Shown: positions 41,742 through 56,066, counted from the first letter of the stretch. The stretch: 64,000 nucleotides of DNA from Octopus vulgaris (GCA_951406725.2 OX597817.1:120032001-120096000), one strand, 5' to 3'. Numbers and translations: made by a program. Notes: generated by a model from the letters alone, not told the origin.

Positions 41742-41742
<1 letters not shown>
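41605..41742. repeat. Inverted pair of degenerate minimal hammerheads
   Basis: Arms ttgagtcagtctcttgc / gcaagagactgactcaa; minus core CTGAAGA..AAAA-CTCAGAG-TT; plus core CTCTTGC-CTAAAGA..TAAA-TTTGGAG-TA-GCAAGAG. Confidence 0.65.
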
Positions 41743-41791
<49 letters not shown>

Positions 41792-42254
41792 TCATCGTTT
41801 AGCGTCCGCTTTCCATGCTGGCATGGGTTGATATATATATATATTCTTTGATGAAATCCTTTCAGAATGAAATTATAAAACTTCTTTGCTCATGCAAACA
41901 CTATTAGCTTTTCACTTTGATTTGCAATGCAGATTTGCCCTAAAAGAATCTTTGACATTGTTTGATTCAATTTGCATTTATGTGTGGAAATGTATGTGAT
42001 AGAAAGATTACAATTTCATAACTTTATTGATTGAAGATATTAAGAAACTTGAGAGGTTTTCTACATTTAGACTTAATCCATCAAAAGATGAATCAATAGA
42101 TTAAAAATTTGGAATCAGTACTATGTAAATATATAAGAAGCATATACTTTTACTCAATTTTAAATTTTACTAATTTATACTATTGTTTTATATTTTGTCA
42201 TATCTTTCTGTTTTCATTAATGTGTACACAATTTTGGATCAAGCAGGTTTACAA

Positions 42255-42525
42255 AATCATCCATCATCATAGTGGACCTCCATCAAAGGTTTCTCAAAGT
42301 GTCTAAGGACAGAAAGTTAAGATGGCATGGCTATGTAACAAGATCTAGTGTCCTCACAATAACCATTCTTCAAGAACTCATAGAAGGGAGAAAAGGTGGA
42401 GAATGCAAAGTAAAAGATGGATGGGCAACATTAAGGAATGGACAAGCAAACCATTAGTGGAGACCCAAGTTTTGGAATGCAATCACCACAAATAGAGAAC
42501 ACTGGTGTATGATATGTCATGACAG
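42255..42525 (+). mobile_element. RTE-group LINE C-terminal relic
   Basis: RKLRWHGYVTRSSVLTITILQELIEGRKG; shifted frame KRWMGNIKEWT. Confidence 0.65.
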
Positions 42526-42673
42526 AACCCCTTTGATTCTATTAGGCAAAGATCCATTGCAAGGTTGTTAATATGAGTTTGCAAGGCACTTTTCATATAA
42601 TTATATATATGTTCTCAAATATCCACAACTTCTAAGAAGGGATTCAACATAACATTTTCTCCATCTGTTAGTT

Positions 42674-42739
<66 letters not shown>

Positions 42740-44539
42740 CTAAGAAAGATTTGATCATAATGATTGTATTCCATTCTTGGACAATATAATGTCTAAAGCT
42801 AGAAGATATGTAAACACACTCGACACCTTCATTAAAATAATGAAAACACAATAAGTAAATACAAATAATTTAAGACTAATACAATCTTGCCTCAGACTAT
42901 ATTTTTTCTTAGTCATGAAGAAATTTTGGATCATCTTAAACATAAGGAAAAGATGATAACATGTTAATGCATAGAAGAATACACTCTCCTTTCATCTAAC
43001 AAGAATTCTTTGTTATACTGACATTTTTTAAAATTTTATTATTTCTTTTTGCATAGACACAAGTTTCTTTACAAAATTCCAGTGATTTTTCAATTTCCTC
43101 TATGAAGTGAGTTTTTCACTTCTCAACAACCATTTCATGGCCTGAGGGTCACAATTCAATAAAATAGGATCTGTAGAATTCTCTTTTGTCGTATGTGTTT
43201 CCGTTGATTTTTCTAATTTGCTAATGTCAAGAAATTCTATATCTAGCTACATCGTTGGTGCCACTGTAAGAGAAACTTGTTTTGCATGCATATGTGTGAA
43301 AATAACTCGGGTGTGATTAGCAATTCAGGACATGCACCCAAGAAACTAGTTATAGGAAATCATCAGATTTATGTCATTTGTATACAAAATATTATGACAT
43401 CTACATGATTGGCTTGCTAATTTTTTTTATGGATACAAACATTGATAAATTTGTCAACATTCAAGTTAATTTCTGCTATATGTTATTACAAACAACAGGT
43501 TGCTCTGATCACTACTGACAGTTCTATAATATCTTAGCCTCACCTAAATATTGGTTCATAAATCACTGTTATCTGTTAGAATATCATTCATTATATAATA
43601 AGCTTTGTGAGATAGGTGTTTTAATGAATGAATCTATGAAGAATTGCTAAGAAATTGCTGGTGTCTCTATAAATAATATCAATGTGATGGAACGAGATTA
43701 ATTTGAGAAAATCAAGGATTTTATCATGGAAATTGAAGAAACCCCAAATTCATCATATACAAAATAATGCATGCAATTTTCCAGTTGATAAAAAATTTCT
43801 ACAGCAAACAACACTTTCAATGAATATTAAAGACTTAAGAGATACAGGTCTTGAGGGAACCACCTTTAGATTTATTTCAGAATTACAGTGAGATTTCCTA
43901 GAATTCAGAAATGAAGGCAATATCTACATTGCTAGATTTTAACATTGATACGAAATTCTTATAATGATGGGAAATTTTTTATTCTACATGGTGACTTGAC
44001 AATATGTATGTAATTGCTCAAATAAGGACATACAAGTATACACTTAAATATTTATATGCAAACTCACACACACACACACACACACACATTTTTACACAAA
44101 TTTTAGGCAATAAATTATATATACTTGTTCAGTGTTATTATGGTTGTAAAAGGTTTCTAAAATATTAGTTAATACTGTTTTTAATTCTTGTCACTAACTT
44201 TTTTTTAGTTTAAACATTAATTATTTTACTTTCTTTTCATTTTAAAACACCCAATGACAAAAAATAGAATCAACAGTGTAATTGCAAATAATAAAAAAAT
44301 TTAACAGACAAGATTCCTAAAAATGTTTACACTTGAAAGTAATTACTGAAATTATTGTACTGGAGTAGAGATTCTGTTGTAATTTCAAATATATATTTAA
44401 ATAACTTTATTAATGCTCTTGAAATGACAAATATAATGAAGACATTTTCTTTATTTAATGTACTGATAATGTTATTCATTTCTTCAGGAACTATTTTACT
44501 AAGTTTAATGTATATATTAGCACAGGTGTGGTTTATAGG

Positions 44540-44905
44540 TGCAGGCATGACAGTGAATTGTGTGGTAGGAAGTTTGCTTCACAGCCACATGGTTCTGGTT
44601 CTATTCCACTGCATGGCACCTTGAGAAAGTATCTTTTACTATACCTGCAGGCCAGCCAATGCCTTGCAAATGAATTTGGTAGAGGGAAACTGAAAGAATC
44701 CTATCATGTGAGTGTGTGAACCACCACAACTTGACAACCAATGCTAGTGTGTTTACATCCTTGTAACTTAGCAGTCTGGTAAAAGCGATTGACAGAATAA
44801 GTAACAGGCTTTTAAAAAATAAATACCGAAGCCAATTCATTTGACAAAAACCCTTCAAATTGAGCCCCCAGTATGGCTGCAGTGTTAAGACTGAAACAAG
44901 TAGAG
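44540..44905 (+). mobile_element. tRNA-derived SINE family B
   Basis: tgtggtaggaagtttgcttc..ccacatggttctggtt head, 'ggaaactgaaagaa', 'gactgaaacaagta' tail; copies at 56.2-56.7, 61.1-61.5 and 63.7-64.0 kb. Confidence 0.7.
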
Positions 44906-47900
44906 TATAGAAGATGTGAAAGTAATCCAGTTTACTAAACAAAATGTAAGCCATAATTAATAAATGATAGGCTGTAGATTATCCACAATTTATAAATAAC
45001 GTTTATTGCAACAAGAAATAGAAATTTACAAGACCATCCTCAACCAAGTAATTTCCATTTATAATACACTTAGCCTAAAATTTTAAAAGCTTTATTATAA
45101 TGGCAGGTCAGAGATGAACCACGTGCAAACTGCCAAATTAACTGTTATGAAGTTCAGTTAGATAAAATCTGATGAAGCAAAGTAACATTTTGTGATGAAA
45201 GATTTGACTAAATTTAAGCTCTTGATATACTTTCATTTAAACAAATTAAATCAATGTTCAAGCCATGCTTTGGGAACACTCAAATGGTGAAGTAATCATG
45301 TTATGTGTGAATCAATAATGTAAAAATGAGCCAAATGAAGGAACCTCCAAATTTAATATCAATTCTGAGCAACCTAAAAGTATTTGAGCTACTTACTACC
45401 TTACATTTTAAGACAAATTATTAACTTGTTCCTGCAAATAGTCAAAATTCTAAATGATAATTCTTCTTAAAATTCAATTTTAAGCTTACATGAACACACT
45501 GCAGTTGCAATCTCATTTAATTTCAAGAAGCCTTTACAAATTATGCTTCTTAAAAGAGGAAACATTATTGAATAAATACTATATTACTTCAGGCTGTTTT
45601 CTTTTCTTTTTGTATGCTGCTAATTAATAGTTATATGAAACAAAAAAATACAAGAAAAAAAACATATTATTTGAGCATGCAGATAAAAAATAAATTCAAT
45701 ATATATATATACACAATGAAATAGAAAAAATGATTTTTAAGCTTAGAACCTCATTGGAAATGATCCTTCAAGCCCTTTCTATTTATAGGAGCAAAAAATG
45801 AGCATTCAACTAGTTGTGAAGTATTATTTGTTTTAGCTTTTATTTGTTTTACTTAAAACAAAATATTAATTCTAAAACTGAGAAATTGAAAAAATAGAGT
45901 TGGAGTATCTAAGATGAACATTGCTTATTTTTTTAATTCATCAAAACCGCTTAACATACAATACATAGGTGTTATTAAACAAAGAAGGAATCTGAATCTT
46001 ATATTTATGAGAATCTCAAATATTTGAACTCCAATTTTGTAGTGACAATTTTACTCTAATTTAGTTTATTCAGACAGAGTAACAATGGTTAGCAACGTTT
46101 CAAAAACATTCCAACAGAATGAAAAGAGAACATTGTAAAGTTAGAAAGAGGAAACGGATTTGTTGTGCTGCAATCATTTTTCTTCACCTGCAACCTAAGC
46201 CTATTTAAAAATATCAGCTTCCCTCATTACAATGAATTTATATTCACATTCTAAAAACAAATTATACATATGTTAACTATTTTCCTTGATAATGTAAATT
46301 ACTTCTGCTATTTTAACTCTTGTTAATTACTGCTATTTTGCTGTATTTTCCCAACAGTGCTAACAAACATGTTAAAGCCCATTTTGATAAAGCACTTATG
46401 AAATATATTATTTGGATGTATTTGTTCAATATTATAACATCAAATTTCGCTGTGTAAATACATTTTCAATGAGAATGTGTTTAACAGTCACCTTATTCCT
46501 TAAAATACAAAGCTGCTATAATACTTGGGCATACGTAATGGCTAAAGCATCTAATTAATCTAGACATCAATAAGATAATAAATGTAATTGGATGTTGAAA
46601 AAAATATAATAAACACTTGTTAGTTAGTTAGCTTCTGTAAAATACCGCTATTTTTGGTTGTAAAAGGTTAAAACAAATTCAAGTCATTTAAGGTGAACAG
46701 AAATGTTCAGTGTATAAGTTCAAGGTCATAATCTATATTCAAATGCTATCATCTCAGACTTTAGTTGTTATCCTGATTTACAACCAACTGCAATTTACAT
46801 TTTTAATTACTGCTGAAAAAACAACAATTCCAGAAATTTCATAAAACATTTTAAGACAAAATAACTTGGATTGTTGTAATACAAAGAGCTTGTGTGAAAG
46901 GAATAATTAAATGTTTCAGTTCAAATATTTAAATGAAATGAAAATAATTTTAATTCAAACATTCATTAGAGGCTCATACGATATGAAAAAGGTGCATTAA
47001 TCATTAATTGTGGAAGAATGAATAAAGATTCAATCAGTTTGCTTTTAACAAACTTCAGGAGTGAACCATTTAATCTAAGAAAAGGTAATATTTTGTTGTT
47101 TTTGTTTTGATTTTTTTAAACACTAATTTGCATCCTTCATTCAGATACACATTCACTAATGTTTCAGCTGTCTCTTTGCAATCAAGAAATATCATCATCA
47201 CATAGTTTCTAAAATGAACTTTCTTGTACTGGAAAAAATTTGGTTTCTATTCTCATATGGACTTGCTTCCATTCACATACCTAATGGTCTCTGGATAAGA
47301 CTTGTTGATTGCATATTAAAATTAGTATAAAAGTAAATAAGAAGAATGCTAGAGTAAAATCATCTAACAACAATGTGCGGAGAACTAGATACAAAAAAAA
47401 AAACAAGACAGTCATGGGTAGAATATATTAAATTATTGGTCTACTTGATCATGGTATGGGGCTAAAAAATAATTAAAAGAGATATACAACTGAGGACTGG
47501 TAAATACTTTTGACTTTTAGATTGATTCTTATTATTGCTTGATATCATTTCAAATTTTTATGCTACAAATATTCTCAGGAGAGGTTATATCACACACTAT
47601 AAATCTTCTCAACCTGAAAATATAGGGACTTCAGCCTGGTGAGAACAAATCAGTAAATCACCTTCAAACGTAACAAAATTTAACTATTAGGAAAGGAAAC
47701 AAAAAAATCTATATATTAATAATAAAGAATTTCACTTTAAAGGAAGGACACCAAGTGGGAGACAATGTTGATGACTGTATCAAGGGCAGCCATCACAAGG
47801 TCTAGTCCTTGTTGTAATATGTAGTTTGTGTACTTCAATGATCCTGAGAGCTATGGCAGAGGAGCACAAGGTCCAGGTAGGGCCTCCCATGCTGGACAGG

Positions 47901-48187
47901 TCAAAGGATGAAGGCCAGATCAATGTGCAATAAATGGGTTAGGGTTTGCATAGGGTCAGCCTATGTTAAAAATAAATTTGCATAGGACCAACGACCACCC
48001 ACCTACCAAAAAAAGAGCAAAGTTACCCAAGCATTAATGACAATTCAAAACTAACAAGACATGGGAAAGGAAGGCCTTATAGCCCAGTGTCAAGTACTGG
48101 AGAGAAAAGTTATCAAAGTCCAATGATCAATATTGAACGAAGGGCTTAAGTGAAAGATAGTATCAATCACAATCTTTACACAGTTAC

Positions 48188-48545
48188 ATCATCATCATTT
48201 AATATCTGTTTTCCATGCTGAAATAGGTTGCACAGTTTGACAGGAGCTGGCCAACCAGACAACTGTCCAGACGCCAATTGTCTGTTTTGGCATGGTATCT
48301 ACAATCAAATACCCTTCTTAATGCCATCCACTTTACAGAGTAAGATGGGTGCTTTTTATGTGCCACTAGCATGAATGCATTTACACAGCAGCAGCAACAG
48401 TGTATTTTACATGGCACCAGCCCAAGTGCATTGTACATAGTACTGACACTTGCAAAGGACATACCTGTATGTATGCATGATAGTGATTTCACTTAGCTTG
48501 ATGTGTCTTCTCAAGAACAGAAAATTGTTTCGACACCTGCTCCCT
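48188..48545 (-). mobile_element. RTE LINE 3' end, older subfamily
   Basis: (CAT)n tail, family body and gtcttctcaagaacag ORF-end remnant. Confidence 0.6.
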
Positions 48546-49501
48546 TGTTATTTCCTCAGTGAGGCCCAAAATCCATTCTGACTACACTACTCTGTTATGA
48601 AAGAACACACTGTATAATGTAGTATTAAATACTACGCTAAAAGCAAAATGGAATGGCTACAGCAGGAAAGCATTTTCATCATAGGTTACTCAATAAAGAG
48701 TAAAATGACACAAACAATGACAATGTTGTTATAATGGGCTACATATCCAAATTAAGTCTATATGTTTTTAAGGATTTAAATTTTATGGTAATATAAACAT
48801 AAAAGACACTTTTTATTGCATTTTTATGAGCTTTATGGCATCTATATTAAATACATTTATGTATTGAACCTAGATTAAATACACAAACGTTTTCTAGGTC
48901 CTATAGTGACATTTATACATGAGAAAATGTATGTGTATGTATTACCTAGCTATATGTGAAAGAATATCAATATTTTCTTGTATGTCATACTAATGTATGT
49001 ATCATGTATGAACACAGATAAAAAAATGTTTGGCTTTCATCAAATGTAATAATTGTGTTTTATTTATGAAAATACACAAACATACAAATACAAATACACG
49101 TGTGTTATCATTCTGCTTGTCTCTCTTATGATTATAATATAAGAATTTTCATTAAAATTTATTAACATGCAAATATACATTCAGTGATTCTATACAAATT
49201 ACTCTTGCAATTTTAAGCAAAAATTAGATCACATTTCAGTTTGTATAAAATTTTATACATATTTTTGTAGCTGTGATTAAAATAATTTCAAATATAAATC
49301 AAAATAAATAACAAAATGTTGATACTATTTTTGTTGGTGTGATTTTAATTTCTCAATTAACTAGAATATTTATAAGAAAAAAATATATATATTAATAAAT
49401 CCATAAATGGAATCTTTATCTACATCAAAAAATTACTTTCTTTCTTAACATTTCAATAGTTCAAGCATATCTACATACATCTACATATATATATATATAT
49501 A

Positions 49502-49871
49502 CTAGCAGTATCGCCCGGCGTTGCTCAGGTTTGTAAAGCATTTTTAGAGAGTTATAGCCAAAAAATAGCAAAAACAGGGAAAAAAATTATGGTAAATTTT
49601 TTTTTGTGATTTAAAAAAGGTGGAGTTGCGTCCCCTAGACAGTTTGTGGTTCGTGTTTCTGATTCTCGACCCCATGTCGAATTTATCGATTATTTTCAGA
49701 ACTGGGAGAACTTTTCAAAATTTTCGCTGCGTTAGTTTTGAATTATGACATTGAGCTATGGGTGTGTCAAGTTTCATCAGAATCGGTTGAAAGCCGTGGT
49801 CAGGGTGAGGGTACAAGCAAACAGACACACAGAAACACGCACAGACAAACTGGCGTTTATATATAGAGAGA
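49502..49871 (-). mobile_element. Non-autonomous Helitron
   Basis: Minus strand starts TC (49871-49870) and ends CTAG (49505-49502), inserted between A and T; imperfect GC-rich hairpin CCTGAGCAACGCCGGG just before the CTAG. Confidence 0.75.
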
Positions 49872-50095
49872 TGTATATATATATATATACATACCCATAT
49901 ATACCTACCTACACACACACATACATATATATATAAATATATACGCACAGGTGTGTGTGTGTATATATATATATATGCATATATATATACACATATATAT
50001 ACACGCATATATATAAACATATATCTATATTATGTATATATATATACATATATGTATATTATATGTAAGTATGTATATATATATACATATAATAT

Positions 50096-51421
50096 ATACT
50101 TTGATACTTTGATACTTTGATAGGTTTCGGCCATTATTGGCCCAGGCCATGTCTAACTTAATAGCACCACCTGGTGAAGTCTTTCAAGTCAGAATTTGGG
50201 CACTATGGCCCACTCAAGTAGAGAGTTATTGTTTACAGAGACATATCTGGGTGTAGGGGGTTTATCCGGGATTTCTTGAAGGAATCTGTCCAAAGACTTC
50301 TTGAACCCTATAGGGTCAGTTTCTGTTTTAATGTGTTTTGGTGTAATGTTAAAGAGAGCGGGGCCAATTGAGGTGAAATAATTGTGCCGTATTGTTGTTA
50401 TGAGATGAGAGTGCGATTTTTGTTTTGGGCAGATGGCACGGGGCCCAAGCCTTGGATGTACCTTAAAGGTGATGACAACATCATTTGGGCAATGCTGATG
50501 GAATATTTTCCACATCATGCAGATGATGTAGCGCTCACGACGACGTTGGAGAGAATAGAGTTTTAGCTTTTCTAGTCGACCCCAATAGTCGAGGCCTGTC
50601 ATGCCATCTATCTTTTTTGTGATTGCCCTTTGAGGTGCTTCAACTCTTATGATACCTTGTATTGTGTGGGGAGACCACAGTGGACAACAGTATTCAAGGT
50701 GGGGTCGGGCAAAAGTGGAGAAGAGAATGATAATGGTGTGGATATCTCTCGACTGGAAAGTTCTGAGAATCCAGGAACACATTCTGCGGGCCATGTCAAC
50801 TTTGGTGTTTATATGAGTGGCCCAGCTTATGTTGTTGTCCACAATTACTCCCAAGTCTCTGATGTTGTTGGACGCCGCGAGAGTTTCACCTGAAGGAAGG
50901 GAGTATGGGAGTTTCAGGGCATCCTCTTTTCCAAAGTGGATTAACTCAAATTTATCCTCGTTCAGCAGCATATTGTTTTTTTCTGCCCATTGGATAACAG
51001 CCAGTAGATCTGACTGAAGGCATGTCCGGTCACTCGCCTCATTTATGACCTTCAGTAGCTTGGAGTCATCTGCAAAGATTTTTATGTTGCTGTGCTTGAT
51101 AATGTCATTAATGTAAATGATGAAAAGAAGTGGGCCCAGCACAGTGCCTTGCGGAACGCCACTACTGACTTTGGCTGGGCTTGATTTTACCCCTTCAACT
51201 ACAACATGTTGAGATCTGTCTGTCAGGAAACACTTGATCCATTTCAGTAACTTCCCAGAGACACCAATGTTGGATAGTTTTTTCAATAGGATCTTGTGAT
51301 CGACCCTGTCGAAGGCCTTACTGAAATCAAGGTAGATGACATCGGTGTTGGAGCCCTCTCCCAAAGCTCTCAAAATGTCCTCAAAGTGACGCAGGAGCTG
51401 CGTTAGGCAGTCCCTTCCATT
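50096..51421 (-). mobile_element. 5'-truncated CR1-clade LINE inserted in (TA)n
   Basis: RT ORF, short 3'UTR and 8-bp (TATCAAAG)3 tail; TA-rich microsatellite on both flanks. Confidence 0.9.
50189..51421 (-). CDS. Reverse transcriptase (CR1-clade LINE ORF2, C-terminal ~410 aa; no true start)
   Basis: [48 protein letters not shown] motifs, uninterrupted; the N-terminal YI stretch of the called ORF is microsatellite. Confidence 0.9.
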   Translation of the reverse strand, partial: NGRDCLTQLLRHFEDILRALGEGSNTDVIYLDFSKAFDRVDHKILLKKLSNIGVSGKLLKWIKCFLTDRSQHVVVEGVKSSPAKVSSGVPQGTVLGPLLFIIYINDIIKHSNIKIFADDSKLLKVINEASDRTCLQSDLLAVIQWAEKNNMLLNEDKFELIHFGKEDALKLPYSLPSGETLAASNNIRDLGVIVDNNISWATHINTKVDMARRMCSWILRTFQSRDIHTIIILFSTFARPHLEYCCPLWSPHTIQGIIRVEAPQRAITKKIDGMTGLDYWGRLEKLKLYSLQRRRERYIICMMWKIFHQHCPNDVVITFKVHPRLGPRAICPKQKSHSHLITTIRHNYFTSIGPALFNITPKHIKTETDPIGFKKSLDRFLQEIPDKPPTPRYVSVNNNSLLEWAIVPKF

Positions 51422-51550
51422 ATATATATATATGTATATATATACATATATATATATGTATATATATACATATATATATATGTATATATATATAATATAT
51501 ATATAATACATATATATATATATATGTGTATGTATATATATATACATATA

Positions 51551-51639
<89 letters not shown>

Positions 51640-51697
51640 TATATATTTATCAATATATATATATGTATATATATATAATATATATATATATTTATCA

Positions 51698-51752
<55 letters not shown>

Positions 51753-51825
51753 TGTATGTATATATATATATACATATATTCGCTCTGAGATTTATCATTG
51801 TTATATATATATCATCATCATCATG

Positions 51826-51897
<72 letters not shown>

Positions 51898-51935
51898 CAT
51901 ATACATACATATACATATATATATATATTATATAT
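51422..51935. repeat. ~500-bp imperfect (TA)n microsatellite
   Basis: Directly visible; source of the poly-YI ORFs. Confidence 0.95.
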
Positions 51936-52126
51936 GTAGTTGAAGTGATTCAAATACAATTAAAACAGAAATATAGATAAAGGTTATTAAATTATTATAC
52001 CATCATAACCTAAAATATCTAAACTAGGTTTATAATACATTTAACACTAGATATTTACGTAACAAAACAACAGTATCAATATTATATACAATTTGTAATG
52101 TGAAATTATTAGTGAAATGTACTTAC

Positions 52127-52181
52127 CATAATGTGTGACTTTGGAAAAACCACATGAAAATCACAGATCTGGCCATAAAAC
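52127..52181 (-). CDS. Candidate 55-nt internal exon (FYGQICDFHVVFPKSHIM or GFMARSVIFMWFFQSHTL), gene unidentified
   Basis: Consensus acceptor gtttcatttatttttcAG|G and consensus donor ATG|GTAAGT; two open frames. Confidence 0.55.
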
Positions 52182-52438
52182 CTGAAAAATAAATGAAACT
52201 TTTTAGTACCTAATGAATATATTCAATGAGAGAAATGATAAAAATTGTTCAAAATATTTGCACATGAATGTGTGTGTATGTAGATACACATACACACATA
52301 TACATACACCTACATGATCCTCATCAAGCAGATGTGTAAATAGAACACAGGTATATATATATATATATATATATACACACGCACACACATATTTAGTGTT
52401 GAATGTCAGAAGAAAAATGACTCAATATTATTGTAGGG

Positions 52439-52492
<54 letters not shown>

Positions 52493-52496
<4 letters not shown>

Positions 52497-53020
52497 GCCC
52501 AGATGCAGTACCAGGCAGTGGCTCTCTTGGCTTCTCATCTCAACTGATTGGAAGTGTTATAATGTACATTGTTTTGTCTTGCTATAAAAGATGGGCTACA
52601 GCAAATATTCTGCTCAATGCCCAGTTGAGCATGTCCCTTGGCGGCTGGCAATATGTGCATCTCTAATCATGAGCAAAAGTAGCAAGAGAACATCTTAGAC
52701 ATTTGTTGAGAGGAATTCATTGGGGTTTGGATAATTCACCTTTGGAAACATGGGTGTTTCATTAATCATCCTTAAACAACCCTTATTCAGGGACCTTTTG
52801 AGAGGGATGGGCTACTCGACCTGAAGAAAATTCTACTGGGCCCCACCTGCAAGGTCATGTGCTGTTAATCTTCATATGAAATCACCATGTCATGCACATA
52901 TGGTTGTGATGCATATTCCTGGTATGCCCTTATCAGATGGGTAGTCATGATGGGTATACTGGGCTTTGTATATTTTACCCTAGTAACACTTTCATGGCAT
53001 GCACGGCTCTCTCACTCACT
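52493..53020. repeat. Unclassified ~530-bp higher-GC insertion bracketed by (AAT)n
   Basis: Abrupt composition change; (AAT)n on both sides; no recognisable ORF. Confidence 0.4.
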
Positions 53021-53921
53021 AATAATAATAATACATTCCACTATAAGCACAAAGCCCGAAATTTTGGCAGGAGGGTGCCAGTTGATTACATTGATCCCAA
53101 TGCTCAATGGGCACTCATTCCATATATCCTATCCCAAAAGAATGGTATTTGAACTCAGAAAATAAAAAGAGACAAAATGCTTGATTCTACCAGCTCACCA
53201 CCTTATTAAGAATAAGAATAATACATATATACATAAACACACACACATCCACAAAAGATTCAAGGAGTTTTCATCAGGGTAGCTCAAACTAATAGGTATG
53301 TGCTCTGAGTACTCAAGTAGGTATGTCACTAAAATTCCAGTTTGAAAAGCAGTTCAAGTTGTGGTTTTTGTAACTACCTTAATCAAAGCAGCTAGAAGTG
53401 ACTTCTCCTTGAGTCTGTAGGTACAGGTTAAAGTATAAAGGAAAGCCAAACAATTTAGCAAGATTTGATAAGGACATTTAATTTAATTTAGCTATATAAT
53501 TCAGTTATATAATGAAATAAAAACTATATAATAAATCAAATGAAACCTATATAATGAAAGGTAGAGATAGTCTCTGGCTGCTGTTTCTGGGAGTCCCAGC
53601 TATTAAAACATCATGCCCAGTGAAAACTCCATATGCTGAATATTCCGTCATGAGAGTGAGATAGGTTAAACATATGAAACAGTGGAATAAATTTCTTCAT
53701 CAATGATAGTTATTGTGGTTCTTTATGTCCAGAGAAGGAGGAGAGATCCAAATAAATCCAGTTAGATAGGGAATTCCATAGATAAAGCCATGATCAGAGA
53801 GACTGGTTAGATAGTAACATATAGCTAGGGAAAATGGATGCTTACCTAAGGAAAATGCTTGCTCAAGATACCATGCAGTGGGACACTGAACCCAGAACCA
53901 TGTAGTTAGGAAGAAAACTTC

Positions 53922-54149
53922 TTAACCCTTTCGTTACTGTATTTATTTTGAGATGCTCTGTGTTTCTTTCAATTATTTTAAATATAACAAAGAATTTAGT
54001 AAAATAACTTACGTATCATCAAGCTAGTGTTAGGAACATAAATTGTGACTAAGGCTTGGTGGAATTTTTAAATTCAAAACTTAGGAAAACAAGACATTTT
54101 ACCATAGAGCCAGAACCAGTTTTGGCCGGGTTAGTAGCAAAAGAGTTAA
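53922..54149. mobile_element. piggyBac-type MITE with TTAA TSD, inserted in a SINE B head
   Basis: TTAA-ccctttcgttac ... gtagcaaaagag-TTAA; flanks rejoin to 'aaacttcttaa(a)cacacagccacgcctg'. Confidence 0.8.
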
Positions 54150-55555
54150 ACACACAGCCACGCCTGATGTATATATGCATCTGTGTGTGTGTGTGTTCAA
54201 AATTAAATATATGAATTTAACAGAAACTTATTGACATACATCTGCCATTGCTAGGACAAATAAAGGTACATTGCCTGTAAAATTAAACAGAAAGTCAGTG
54301 GAATATATTTCACTGTACTTGGTCTCAATATTAAAATTGAGAAACAATGGTTTTGTAATTCATAAACATTGAATTTATAGTGGACAAGAATGATATATCG
54401 TAATAGTTTTCAATGATTTTACATTATTGAAATGCCTTGCATTATGAATTGTAATCTCTAGTTTGTGGCAATTAATATTATTCTCATCATGCGCAGGAAT
54501 GTCTATTATGCACATCATGACCAACATAAACATACACACATGCATCCATCCAAGGAAAAGTTCTGTCTGAGCCATTAGAATTCTCATCCACGAGAATTTA
54601 ACCTATCCTGAGAGACTTCTATATAGACGTGTATATACACATTATATATAATGTGTGGCCATGTGTATGTGTGGGAGGTGTATGTACAAATAGATGGAAA
54701 GATAGACAGAAGGTACATGCACACACACACACATGGGTCATGCTATAGACATTACAATCTGTTTTGGTGAATTTTGATACATATACATAGACACACACAC
54801 AAATATATATATACACAAACACACACACAAACATATACAAATATACTTATACACACATGTACATACACAGTCACAAATACATACACACACACAAACATTT
54901 ATATCTTGTTCATACTTAGTTTATCTTACAAATTCATTGTCTTCATAAGCAGATGTAAAGTGATAAGGTACTGAACAGAACAACTCACTAACCCAACTAA
55001 AAATAATAAATATTTTACATTATAACTCAGTATTACAAAAGAGAAATTCACTGTTAATCTTCATTCTTATTCTATCTTTAAGTCAGTTTCAATTTTGAAA
55101 CAAATTTAAGTAAAATGAGCTGGAAATCTTTTATTGTCATCATTTTAACACCTACTATTCCATGCTTGCATGGCTTCGATGAAGTTTTATTGAGGCAGAT
55201 TTTTTCTTATGACCAGGCACATTTTCTGTCACTGACCTTTCACCTGTTTCCAAACAAGGTGATATTTTGCACGGCCTGACATGTACTCAGTATATTGGAG
55301 ATGAATGACACTGCTTGTATGACAGTGACAATCATTTACAACTATTACATAATATTAAGAAAAAGAGAGACAATCACACATACATCCAATCCCCATATAT
55401 ATATATAATAGGCACTAAATGTGACTAGGGTGTTAAAAAATACCTACATTGCTAGAAATAAGAGCTAAAATGCTCTAATGTTGCATGTAACGCACATGAA
55501 TGAAAACATACATTAACAGGGACCATAAACGTCAGAAAAATACTGACCGAGAATT

Positions 55556-55606
55556 CTTAAGACTGATGCATCAGTTTTGGCAATATCCATTGCCATCATC
55601 AGTGTT
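55556..55606 (-). ncRNA. Type I hammerhead ribozyme motif (G12>A)
   Basis: CTGATGA-T-GGCAAT-ggat-ATTGCC-AAAA-CTGATGCATCAG-TC^TTAAG. Confidence 0.7.
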
Positions 55607-56016
55607 CAGCTACTCTTCAGACAGGTTTCCCTATTAGCATATATGTTTGCATCATCCAAATTAATGGATGATTTAACGATTTGGTAATGTGTATACAGAA
55701 AATTAATATAAACAGCAGGTTGCAATGTTTCACCAAAAACGAGAATTATAATTGTCACTAAATGTGACTAGGGTGTTAAAAAACACCTACATTGTTAGAA
55801 ATAAGAGCTAAAATGCTTTAATGCTGTAGTTAATGCACATGAATGAAAACGTATACACTAATAGGGACCATAATTGACTGAAAAATGCAACCTTCTGTTT
55901 ACATTAATCTTGTGTATACACATTAACGAATCACTAAATCATCCATAAATTTTGGATGATGCAAACATACATGTTAAAAGATAAACAGATGCGGAAATAG
56001 CCAAACACCAAGCTGG

Positions 56017-56066
56017 CTTAACTGATGATGGCAATGGAAATTGCCAAAACTGACATCAATCTTAAG
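56017..56066 (+). ncRNA. Type I hammerhead ribozyme motif (G12>A, stem III eroded)
   Basis: CTTAA-CTGATGA-T-GGCAAT-ggaa-ATTGCC-AAAA-CTGACATCAA-TC^TTAAG; stem I CTTAA/TTAAG. Confidence 0.7.

Noticed and set aside
45164-45206. aaaatCTGATGA...GAAAgattt
   Set aside because: Weak GU-rich stem II, no stem III or NUH; compatible with chance in AT-rich DNA
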